This document shows, in pieces, positions 51,500 to 62,797 of a stretch of 64,000 nt of DNA (positions are counted from its first letter, which is position 1; every line of letters begins with the position of its first letter). Position numbers and translations under genes: made by a program. Source of the stretch: Moniliella sp. 'wahieum' (Eukaryota); assembly GCA_003971905.1 (NCBI GenBank), contig RSEE01000025.1, positions 620,001-684,000 of the forward strand. The letters run 5' to 3'. Below the pieces are notes generated by a model. That model saw only the letters and a program-made list of their open reading frames with translations, ran no database searches and was not told the DNA's origin.

Positions 51500-52829
51500 T
51501 CCCTCTTCTCGTTTGCATCCTCTTTCCCTGGCCATGGACGTGTGCTGTCGTGGCACATGTTGTGGCATGTCCCCCCATCCGTACATTATACCTTTCGCTC
51601 GTGAGGGATGTCCCTCCTACGCCTCATTTCATTGTATTCATGCGTTGGTAGGGCGCCCACCAGTGTCTAATAACACCCGCCAACCTGGATGGAAATACGG
51701 TTGTTGTGACCTGGGACGCGTCGAGACACTTTCATGCCAAGGTTGTTGGTCCCCATTGCCTCGCTCGGTGGACAATTTGTCAATGTCGAGGACAACATTT
51801 ATGAGGATCTGTGCTAGGCCTACCAGCAATGATAGGAGCGCTTCAGCGAACACGTTTAGAGTGGGGACCATCCACGACAGTGCATCACCCCAGCGAGCCC
51901 AGTTGCATTATATATGCTTATCTACTTCCCCTGCCCTGCCCTGCCAGGCCGGCCTACATGATCACCAGCTATAGGGCAGGCAAGATTGTTATTCAGCAAG
52001 CTCGTCCTCTGGATGGTTAACAAGCGACATCAACTTCGCTAGTCGGGAGATCAGCTCCCGGGCATCCGGGTGCATCACATTTACCCAAGCGATGTAACAG
52101 GCGCGCGCCGGGTATGAAGATGGCAACGGTGGGAAGTCGTAGCCCAGACTATGTATGCCGAAAGCCCACTATCCCATGTCATCCCTTGGTGGCGAATGGG
52201 ACTTTTTGGCAGCTTTTTGCATTGGGTTCTCTATGGTAGCAACAAACTGTTGGCTGAGGCGGGTAACAGAGTTTTTCTCAGCACCACCCATCTTGTCGAA
52301 GCAATGTCCCTCTGCTACAAACTCACCATACCTTCCGAGTCGTCTTGTCAACAGAGGGATGGGAAACAAGGCATCTCATCCCTAATTGCATACTCTGGCT
52401 TTAGAGAATCCATCTGTCCCCGGCACCCTTGGCACGTATGTTCTCGTCCTGCCCCGCAAGCGTTGATGAACTACATGGGCTGCTTGGGGACAATTCTTGC
52501 GTGCACTATTTAATACCTATGGCGCATGACTCGGAAGAGGGTTGCTAGATGGGGAATAGCATTTTGGGGGTCGTAGACGCGCCTACTAAGGTGCGCATGG
52601 AAGAGCATAGCGCCATAGATGCCCAAGGCAACCGGCAACCAATCGCGTGAGACCCATACGTTAGGGGAGGAGGAAAAGGGAAGGGGATAAAGAGAGACGG
52701 ATACTCCCTGTCCCCTCACTGAACCTCACCCCGCTCCCACGCGCAGCGGGGCCCCAATGATCGTTCCCATATCGTCAAGGCTCACTCAGCCTGACGCCAG
52801 GGCCGGTACAGATATCCAACGAGGAGAGC

Positions 52830-53096
52830 TTAGGCAACCAGCTGGATGACACCGCCAGCCTCCTTGATCTTGTACTCAGCCGCGGCCGAGACAAAGCGGG
52901 CCTTGACAATGAAAGGAAGCTTGGGCAGGGTGCCCTTGGCGAGCACCTTACCGTAACCAGCAGCCAGGGGTCAATCAACCGGCACCTCCGTCGACGAGGC
53001 GGTCAGACCCTCGCGAGCCGAGGCCGGAACGAGAGTCCAAAGCTTGTCCAGGTTGATCACAGGGCGCCAGTATGGTTGTCAAGCTGGTGGAAGTGG

Positions 53097-53133
<37 letters not shown>

Positions 53134-53338
53134 TGTCGAAGTTGGTACGGGGTGGTGCTGACCACCAGCGAGACCGCGACCACCCGGATGCTTGCGGTGC
53201 TTGCTGTTTAAACGTAGCGGTTAGTGCATGCTCTTCAACGGAGGAGCTCCAAGAAAGGGGATGAGACGCACCGATACGGCCGTGACCCGAGGAAACGTGG
53301 CCACGGTGCTTGCGGGTGTTGTGGAGACGGGTGGGCAT
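52830..53338 (-). CDS. RPL28: 60S ribosomal protein uL15 (yeast L28 / L27a)
   Basis: [63 protein letters not shown] and [13 protein letters not shown]. One intron; single-base frameshifts. Confidence 0.97.
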
Positions 53339-54462
53339 GTCAACAGTCTTGGAGGTTGGTGCTGGGCGAAGAGACGGCGCGACAAGCAAATGCAAACAGA
53401 AGGCAGCAGCAGCCTGGCCCCTACAGAAAGAGTAGGGTTAGCTTCCGCGTACGTCATCAGTGTAATATTTCGCCGCAGCAGGTTTTCACCACGGTACTAG
53501 GGTTGCAAACGCCGTCTGGCGCACGTCACGTGTCACGTGTCACCCTTGGTCTGACGTCGTGGTCAAGCTGGTCAAGGGTCCGATGCCGTCTGCCAGCGAC
53601 AACTGGAACGCGGGATTAGGTCGTGCACCAATTGGTCTTTGCGTGGCCTCCTCAACCATTGTGATTATCCACCCGGCATCACGTGAAGTCTGACGTCCCC
53701 GCTATGGACGTTCGCACCAGCGTGCCCCCGTTCATACTAGTGGTTGCCAGGTAAAGCTGCCGGTTGTCATTCATTCCAACTCACTTGTACCTTTCCCCTA
53801 CCCCCCTTCGCTATCTCATTCGTCGTGTTCACTAGCTTCAGTCTCCACCGTACGGATCCCGCGGGCTGGGGATAATATAAAAGATTGAGGTGTTCTCTGT
53901 GGCACGGCCTGCTCTACCATGTCTTTGCCCGTGTCAACCTTCCGGCCAACCTTTCCGGCTCAAAGCCTACAGACATCCCAGTCTGCTCGTTCTGGTGCAC
54001 ACCAAACTTTGCCACGGGAGCCTACGCCTCAACTCATCAGAGGCCTCGCCTTGTCTCTAGCTCCATTCGGATATGCCAGTACTAATGTTCAAGCTCGTCG
54101 ATATCAACTGTAAGTGGACTTGTTCCAAGGGAAAGCGCCCTATAAACTGTGGGTCGGACTCCACAGTTCGGGATCATAATCCGCCCATGACATAGAACTG
54201 ACATATGCATAACGAGGAGACCACCGGGCCTACGGCCCGGTCTGCTGTGTCCACCTTAGCCACCGTTCCCCGTCGCCACCGTAGCCACCGTTCCACGCTG
54301 GAACCCATCACGCTGGAAACAATATCACCGATACGTGCTGGCTGGCGTGGCTGGCGGCGCCCCCGGTGGCTGCGCCACCGGTGGCTTACGCAATGCTTGT
54401 AAAAACAGTGGTGCACCCCGTTCGGGATTCTAATTCGGATGCTTGAACAAGCAGAATGCGAG

Positions 54463-54813
54463 AAGAACGCCAAGCCAAGTACCAGGGACGCACTCAAGAG
54501 AGTTTTTCCCCTGGTTTTGACGACGCGGGATACTACGGCACCAAGACGGCGAGCAAGTTGTTTGCGCATTGGAAGAGGTGGCTATAAGTCTCAGTGGAAA
54601 TGGTTCCTCGGGATGTCAACCACGTTCCTCCGTGTCCATACGCGCTTCCTAGGGTACGGGACCGGATGGCGTGAGCGGAGGGTCCTGATATCCTGGCGAT
54701 CCCCTGGTTCCTTGACCCTGGTGCGCCCCTAAGTAACCCCCGCAAGATGAACGGTTAGGTTTAGACGTAGCGTTCCCCCTGTCCCAGCCTTCTTAAGTCT
54801 GCCAATGAAATGG
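54463..54813 (+). mobile_element. Dispersed repeat copy B (inverted relative to copy A)
   Basis: Colinear, high-identity match to the reverse complement of 26491-26842, with small indels that break the reading frame. Confidence 0.75.
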
Positions 54814-56551
54814 ACGTTGTCTAGAGATGCATTTTTCCTCTGGGCAGTGCATGATTTGTCCGCCAAAGGGATTCCTATACCAGTGGTCACTAGGTCACAG
54901 TCACTGTCTGCCAGCTATTACTAAGAACTCTGCATAAAAGTAGAGAGCAATGCGCAAAAGGGCGATAGGGCGTGACTGGCGTCTAAGAAAGCCCAGACTC
55001 CGTGTTACGGGGCACTCAGGTTATTTCCGGACGAGCGTAAGCCAGCTCATCTCATAGACATCTCATCCAAACACGCGTCAATCGCGTTACACTAGCGAGA
55101 GAGAGCAACGGATACCTTATCCATGCTGGAAATATCTCATCCGCTGCCCGCCCTGTGGCCGCATGTGCTTATCGGTACGATGCGTTGTGCTCATCGCACC
55201 CAGTCACACAACCCTTTAAGCTTACCTGTGCTGCGCCCAATTGCGCAGCGTCAACGTTGAGAGCACGGGATCAGTCTTTACCCTCTGGAAAGTTCCCCGC
55301 ATTCTGTTTATATACCTCTGTGTCATGAGGCACTTGAGGCCTGAGGCCTGGTTCTTCTGTATATAGTAAGCAGCCCTGCGTAAGGCTTGCTATAGCTATG
55401 GTCCTTGTCGACCACCATGTTACACCTGATACTGACCTGTTGAATTACTGTCCCTGTTCTCTACCCTTTCCATTCCTCTCTCGCCCATTGCACCTTCTCC
55501 ACCGTATAAATTTACAAACTGACATGTCGGTTACACTCTAAGCCGCGGTACTCGCAACCTAGCGCTTGCTCTTCGTTAGGAACTGTCTGATTCACCTATT
55601 ACACATCGCGTGTCGAGTGTGGTAACGCCCCAGGGTAACCCATAATGCATAACCCACGTTACGCGTTACCACAGAGTTCCTGTGAACCCCCGCAACGGGT
55701 CTGGCCGGACTTTACGTACGCTCCTTCCTCGGAGGTTCTGAGCTGCGGTCGTTGCACGCAGGCGCCGCCCCCCAAACTAGAGGATCTCCCCCTCGCCTCT
55801 ACACCAACCCGCTCGGTTCGACCAGGATCTGAGGCAGGACATACCGGATGTGGTTCCGATTAGCCGTTCAAAAGTTATAATACCCCCCTAAACACCTTAA
55901 CCACAACAAAAATGCTTCGTCGTTATCGTCTTGTGATATGTAGAGAGTGAGGACCATATGTATAAGAGCTGAGTACTCAGACTGAGTGTGGAGAGAAGCA
56001 CTGCAAACGAGCAACTATAAACAAGACATTATATTCTCACAAGTTACTAGTTACCGGCTTCCAACGTGGTCCAACTGAAAAATTCTAAGGCTAAAAAGGA
56101 GCTTCCAGGAAACCAGTTAAGCAGGTTAATATTTAATGCGCAACCCCCGGAGTCGAGATGCCAGCTTGGAGGCGCGGCGCTGCCGAAAGCTTGACGGAAC
56201 GAGAAAAAGAAACGCCCCCCTGGGTGGTTCATTTCTCAACGTACCCAATAAAACCTCCGTTGCCGACAACATTGAACGTTGAACGTTGAACAGGCGCCAT
56301 AGCACCGATGCATATGTGCGTACTCTTTCTGCCTTTCGCTCTCACCGTTTACATGGTGACGAAAGGGGGGGAATTCAAAGAACGAACGATGTGGATGGCA
56401 TCTGTTAAACGTAGGACTCAACAACGTTTTGACATGAAGATAGATTGATAGTAGATCGATAAGATGCGGTGCGTGCTGATGCAGCGCTGATGCACTCTGA
56501 TCAGAAGCACAGGACGATGGGCGAGATGGTCGATGGGAGGCTATCCGGCTA

Positions 56552-56966
56552 TGGGCGATGGCAGGCGATAGACGGTAGGCGCTAGGCTGCCAGGTGCGGT
56601 GAAGTCGAGTGATGAGCGTTTGACGTTTGATCCAGCCAAATTCAAATGGCTGTCATCGCCATCGCTGTCATCAGCGCGACAGCCTGCGACAGCCAAGCAC
56701 CTCTCGCCGGATGCTTGGCGCCACACGGCGTGGCAAGCCGAAGAGGGAGGCACTAGGCTAGTGTGCTGTCGGCCCTAGCTCGGTACAGCGAACGGCGATA
56801 GGCGCGAGGCACCCTGAAGGCACTACAGGGCACTTTCCGGCACTGCTCCAATCGCCGCCGCACTTTCCTGCTCCACTCCGCTTCACCGTATGATTCACCT
56901 GACCGCCTCGCACGTACCCCTGAGCGCCTCCGCCTCCTCCCCGTCTCATCGGGGTTTCACCGCCCA
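56552..56966. ncRNA. Candidate structured non-coding RNA or fold-back of unknown class
   Basis: Long imperfect terminal stem (56552-56617 with 56870-56966) enclosing at least five local hairpins. No convincing ORF, and no full set of SRP, RNase P/MRP or U3 motifs found. Confidence 0.35.
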
Positions 56967-57834
56967 AGAGTGGAGAGCGAGCAGCAGACGGCCTCTTATG
57001 ACCGACTAGTAGGACTCCACTACAGGCGGGCTTTCGGCCTGACCTATTAACCGCGGCAAAATATCTGCCAACAGCTGTACGTCATACCACCCCGCCGCCT
57101 TACACCCAGCTGTGTGTATCTCAGCCAGCCGATCCCTATAAAGGTAACCACAATCATCGTCAGACGCATGTGGCCATGATGCACTTGATGTGTCCTGCTT
57201 CGTGCTCTTCTCTTGGGCGGCAGGCCGATCACAGTGACTTGTCAAGCGTCAGCGCGTAAGCTTCAAGCTTCAAGCTTCAAGGCACTACTTAGGACCTCAT
57301 CGAACTCATGATTATCCACAATCTCCACACTTCTCGCGCCGTAATCCATAAGCTTAGAGCTGCCGGCCATCGGCCAGTAATGCGTAACGGCAACTGGCTA
57401 AGCTTTTGTTTGAACTTGGGTGCGGATGCAGACGCAGACAGAAGGTGAAAACGGTGAAAACAGATGGATGAAGAGAAGAAAGGGCGGGACCCATTGGACC
57501 CGGAACGGGATCCGGGGGATAACCCGGAGCCGGTGCCTGTCCGCACAACTTGATGGGCTGTGACATGTGATGCATGTGAACGCATGAGCGATGTGAGATC
57601 TGAGATGAGCGCATAATAAGCATCGGACCAAGCACCCTGCCCACCTCAGAAAAGCACCGGGCGGGCGTGGTGGGGAGCTCCGCCTCATCACCGCACCACA
57701 CAGTATAATATGGTACGTGATCACATTATGTGTCAACGTACGTTCAACATGATGTGGACTGTACGTTCCACACGTTACATGCACATGATGCAATGATGTA
57801 ATGATGGACTCGGAGACCCCATTGGGGGCCATTC

Positions 57835-57872
57835 AAGCTTCAAGCTTCAAGCTTCAAGCTTCAACGTTCAAC
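57835..57872. repeat. (AAGCTTC)x4 continuing in phase into AACGTTC
   Basis: Read directly. Confidence 0.95.
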
Positions 57873-59682
57873 GCCAACAAAAGCATCAAGCTGTGTCCGA
57901 TGAACGTGTTGCTGGATGCACCACGCCTGCCAGGCTTCACATCCAAGTAAGCACTAAGCCCAGTCGGCAGCTCCAGCCACATTCATTCGCTGGGACAGTG
58001 CCGCTGGGGTGTCCGCGGGTTGTGCTATAGTGGCAGAGGCCATATGATATGATCGACGTGATCGCGCTTGTTGCCGCATCGGTGGCTCCGATGCATGCTC
58101 AGTTTTTGCCGTATCATTTATCATTTACACTAGACCGGCGCCACACGCATATAAGACACGCCGCGCGCACTGACTTGCCTTTTGGAATTGTTATTTGCGC
58201 GAGCCAAGCAGCTGCCTTTGGCACTCCTTCCTTTGCTCTCTCCCTCCTTCCGCCATCCCCCTCACCACATCTTCGCCCATCCTCTTTTCGTTATTTGCAC
58301 CCATGACCTGCTGTCTTCGCCATACTTCCTATTCACCCTCAATGTCCCATGCTTCCGGACTCTCACGTACGTATGTCCTCCGTGCATCGCCTCAAAGTCA
58401 CCCCTCTTCTTCTGTATCTAGTGCCCCCATTTTCCCAATCATAACCGGGCTAATTCCTTGTCCATCTTGCAGGAAGCATGGGCAACATGGCACTCGGTCC
58501 CTACGTTCGCTGTCCGTTCTGCGACAACATCATTGTCAAGTTGAACGAGTGACCTCCTGCCACCGCTCCTCATCGGGGTACGTTGCAAAGAACCCTGAAG
58601 CTTCACCTCAGGCCTCATCCCAGTCCCGGCGGCTGGTCTCCTGCCCCTTGGTCCTTACATGCTCCCCTTGACTTGTCGCCATCGACTGTTACGTTGTGGG
58701 ACTATGCGTCGTGGATCATGACGAGCCCTGAGGTCAGGGACCTTAGGCCTATGATCTGCCTCAGCAAGCCTGCTCCCCCGCTGAATCATGGTCACTGAGC
58801 TGGTTCCATTTCGGCTCTCTCGCCCCAAGTTTCATGAGTTTGATCGTATATTCTTCATCCCTCTGTCCAGCTTCCCATTACCACATCGATACCATCACTC
58901 TCCTCACATGAACATTTTGTCCTGTATCCTGTTTCTTCCCATTTCGTCGAGAAGACCGCTAGGCAACGAATACATCTCCCCCTCTCCATCTCGAACTTTG
59001 GACCTACTTATTATCTTCTTGACACCATACTCCATGTCATGCCTTGGGGCATCTGCATCTCCGCTCTACTGGCTGCCGTATTGTGATATGCTCGCAGTGC
59101 CACGTTGTTTCCTGGTGATTCTACATCGTTCTGCTCAGTCCCGTTCTCTTAGCCCCCAACACACTAGTGTAGCCCAATTAAGGACTGGGCAATGGGGTTG
59201 ATTTAATACTCTCTAGTTTTCTTTCGAGTCTCGACTGGTAATGGGTTGGTTTTCACTCGCGAACTCATTCTATTGGGGCCTAACAAGGTACATCGCAGGT
59301 ACAACACGCGTCCAGTTCGAAGGGAGGATTAGGATGGGGAATCTCTGTTGGTGTGCCCTGCTACACCTTGCACACACGCCGATGAAGGATTGGGCACAAC
59401 GGTTGTGGGTGTGTAAATCAGACTGCAGTTGACCATCTCATCGTAGTAACGTCTCTCGTGGCCTCTTGGTCTCTCCGAATTGCCCGCTGTTCGCAATGAA
59501 TCCAAACTCAGTAGCTCTATCGGACGTACTAGTCAGCAAGTTGATTGGCTTTGCAATGCAAGAACATGGAATTCATCAAGCTTCAACCTGCAAGCTTCAC
59601 GCTTTCTAGCTAGCGCAAGGGTGGTGCAGGGGAAGTATGAGCATCTGAAATGCTATCTTGCAGGAGGGACAACCGGGATGCT

Positions 59683-60498
59683 TTACTCCTTCGTCTCCTC
59701 GGTGGGCTTCTCCTCCTTGGCCTCCTCCTTGGCCTCCTCCTTGGACTCCTCCTTAGGGGCCTCCTTGGACTCCGGCTTGGACTCCTTCTCGATCGGCTCA
59801 AGCACCTCGCCCTTCTGGGCCTTCTCGAAGGCGGCCTTAAACGACTGTGCGTCTGCAAGCACAATATGTCAGTACAATCCCTCAAAACAAACAAGGCTAC
59901 AAGACGTACTGTCGGCGTTGGCAAAACGGATGGCAAGCGTTTCAGCTTGGGGCTCACCATCCGACACATCCGCCGCTACGTTGTACACCCACGACCGGTC
60001 GGACGAAACGTTGGGCTTGAGCTCAATGTCCGAGGTAACTGTTCAGCCGAGTTAGCATTTCATCTCCTGCATTCCGAACAGGAATTCAGTTCGGAATCCA
60101 GTAGAGGTAATACACACTGTAGTGGTTCGCGCACACCTTGAGCGTCTTGTCTCGCCGCATCACAACACGCACCTTCTTGGTGTCCTTGTGCTGGAGCAGA
60201 CGCACATCCCCAGTACCCCTCTCTTTCCATTGCTTGCCTCGGGGTCGAAACGGAAAAGCTTGGCGCGGCTGCACACAAAAGATTATTATTAGGATGCCGA
60301 ACTGAGCCTACAGAGCAACAAAAGGGCCAAAGCAGACGGAGACGTACACCTTGTACACCACATTCTCATCCTCCTCGAGCGTCTTGGTCTCGACCTGCTT
60401 CTCGAGCTTGATGACCGGCTCGTAGTGCGGGTCGTTCTCTTCGCCGGGGTCGTTGCCGGTGGAGGCGAGGGGGTCGTTCTAGGCTCGGTAGCAGACAT
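59683..60498 (-). CDS. YRB1: Ran-binding protein 1 (Ran-specific GAP cofactor)
   Basis: [72 protein letters not shown] and an E/K-rich tail. Three introns. Confidence 0.96.
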
Positions 60499-61037
60499 GG
60501 GGAGGGGGCCGGTGGTGGTGGTGGTGGGAGAGCGGAACAATGAACACCCGGGGCGATGACGCGGATGATGATGAGAGCTCTGCTCTGCCCCAGCCCATTC
60601 TGCGCCTGGAAAAAATTGAATCCGAAGGAGCCGCAGCGGCACGGCGCCACTCTCCCATGTGGATGCGCGCGCGCAGAAGCAACACTGTTCCCCTGCAGAA
60701 ACCCTAGCGCTTGGCAGACCAACACCAACAACGCATCCGCTTCAATTTCATAGATGGACCGGACTGTTGCCCATCGGACGTTCGTCCGCTCTTTGGTGTT
60801 CCACCGCCAACCGCAGCTCAGCCTGAGCAGCCCTCACAGGCTCACCCCAAAATGCACCATCGAACGCATTGTATGCGACTGACGAACTGGGTGTGCCGCC
60901 CAATAGAGTGCGGGTAGAATTTACCACAGACCTCTTCTCTAGATCGCCCCCCCCAGCATCGGAACCGAGGCAAGGCGAATGAAGTTATTCGGTCGCAACA
61001 AAGTTTGAGCTTCGGCCCGTTAGGGAGTTAGAAGGCA

Positions 61038-61291
61038 AAGTACCCAGGGCACATTCAAGGTTGGTTCTTCCTCCTCTGTAGCCATGACGACGCGAGAGTA
61101 CTATGCCTCAAGACTGCTATAAGGTGTTGGTTAAGCACTGAAAGGTGCTACAGCTGAACTTTTGGGTCTCTTACAGTGATGGAGATAGTTTCCGCTCTCA
61201 TGCCCACCCGCTCATTATTGGTATCTCACTGCTTTTGTGCTCCTTATTGCGGTTTGTAAACAAGTGGTGAGACCCAAAGGATCTTGGTCTC
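61038..61291 (+). pseudogene. Dispersed repeat copy C, strongly diverged, with in-frame stops
   Basis: AAGTACCCAGGG...TGACGACGCGAGAGTACTAT...AAGACTGC matches copies A/B. HWK is now H*K and WREPEG is now W*DPKD. Confidence 0.6.
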
Positions 61292-62700
61292 TGCAGGTAA
61301 CCGGTAACACTATTTCCCTCTCCTAATTGGACAGGTACTGTATAAAAGTCGAGGGAAGGCAGGTACAACCAATTAGTGGCTAGTCAAGAAGAGGTACATG
61401 ATTTGTTGCCGTAAGAAAAACAGAGCAATGGCTAAGGACGGGGCTTGAGAGCTTGAGGGAATAAAAGAATCCCGGTTACCTAAATCGGACCTGACGCGTG
61501 ACGGGCAGCGCACGTGTGGAAGCAGACACCGGATGAACGCTCAGGCGCTTAGGCTGAGCGAACGTGGTGGACAAGTGTTTCTCTGTTCCCTTGACGATCA
61601 TCGAGATGACGCGGACGCCTCTGCTACAGGAAGCAACCTATGAGGCACTGTACTCAGATCCACCTACCGCCCGCCCCCGCACAGATGCCACCAGGGATGT
61701 GGCAATCCGGTTGGAGTTTAAAATTTAACGTTTCATGTCGAACTGAATGTCGAGGTCAACGTTTCAATCTTCCACTATAGTAAACGCCCGCCCTCTCTTG
61801 TCGGTCGATGCACGATGCAGGATGATCGATGATCGATGATCGATGAGGCCTCGGCCTCAGCGTCCTCAGCCTGAGGATACTACTGCGATCGATGATTCTT
61901 CGCCTTGTCGCGGTCCCACAGCCGACTCCACACCACCACATGGCTCAGGGCGGATGCTCGGTGCGGGACGATCGAGGATCCCGATGAGGTCGATGAGGGA
62001 GAGAGAGAATGCCTGTCTCTGTCTCCCAGCCTCTGTGGGCGGCGCAAGAAGGGGCTCGTCCTTTAGCTTCTCCAGCTCTCTCTGCTATACTATTAGTCAC
62101 AAAACCCCACCGCGGGGGGGACACACAGAAGAGTGGGCACACCCGGTGGCGGTGCCTGTCGCTGCCGAGTGACAGTTTTGCGAGAAGCACGTGTACCCCC
62201 CACATGCATCCATGCATCCATGCCTCCACACACACCCCAACTGAAACTGTGGTGTATTGGACATTTTGCTCTGCATGTGGGTGGCACCATGTGTGGCTTC
62301 CTCGAGAAGTGGCATACACGTTCAACCAAGAAGAACGCCAGCTAAAAGGGCGTAAAAACCCCAGAGCTTGACTAATTAGTACATACCCTACAATAGATGT
62401 GTATACTGTTAACTGCCACGACCAGAGCCTCTCGAGCACCCCCACAGTATGCCACATCTATCCTGATTCAGAGAGAGAGGCGCCACCGTTCCCTTCAAGA
62501 CCACAGCCAGCCTCTCCTGTTGTACTCTTATGGATGGCGCTAGGCACGGAGCGATTTGGCCGAACGCGAACGTTGTGGCGCAGACTCTCGCGAGCTTAGT
62601 GCTGTTTTTTAGTTCCAAGCGAGAGGACGCTCGCGCCTTCGTTATCTCTCTGTCATAACATCTTGTTGCTTGTACTAGAGTGAAGAGTGACTAAAAAGCA

Positions 62701-62707
62701 TATAAAT
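62701..62707 (+). promoter_or_regulatory. Putative TATA box of the polygalacturonase gene
   Basis: TATAAAT ~95 bp upstream of the ATG, followed by a CT-rich leader. Confidence 0.6.
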
Positions 62708-62797
62708 CGTCCATCTTCCTCATCTCTCTCACAAGTCTCCTCATACTCACATTCCCCCCCTCACCTCTCTCCCACATTCGACCTTGTTCTCCTCGCC

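Noticed and set aside
56640..56960. Hammerhead ribozyme (CTGATGA and GAAAC on the minus strand) or RNase P (GGAAAGTGC)
   Set aside because: CUGAUGA is not followed by stem II plus GAAA in the required order, and no convincing P1/P4 partner was found for RNase P.
58550..58552. TGA after the CxxC peptide as selenocysteine readthrough
   Set aside because: No SECIS identified, the TGA is not in a redox-motif position, and Sec machinery is not known in Dikarya.
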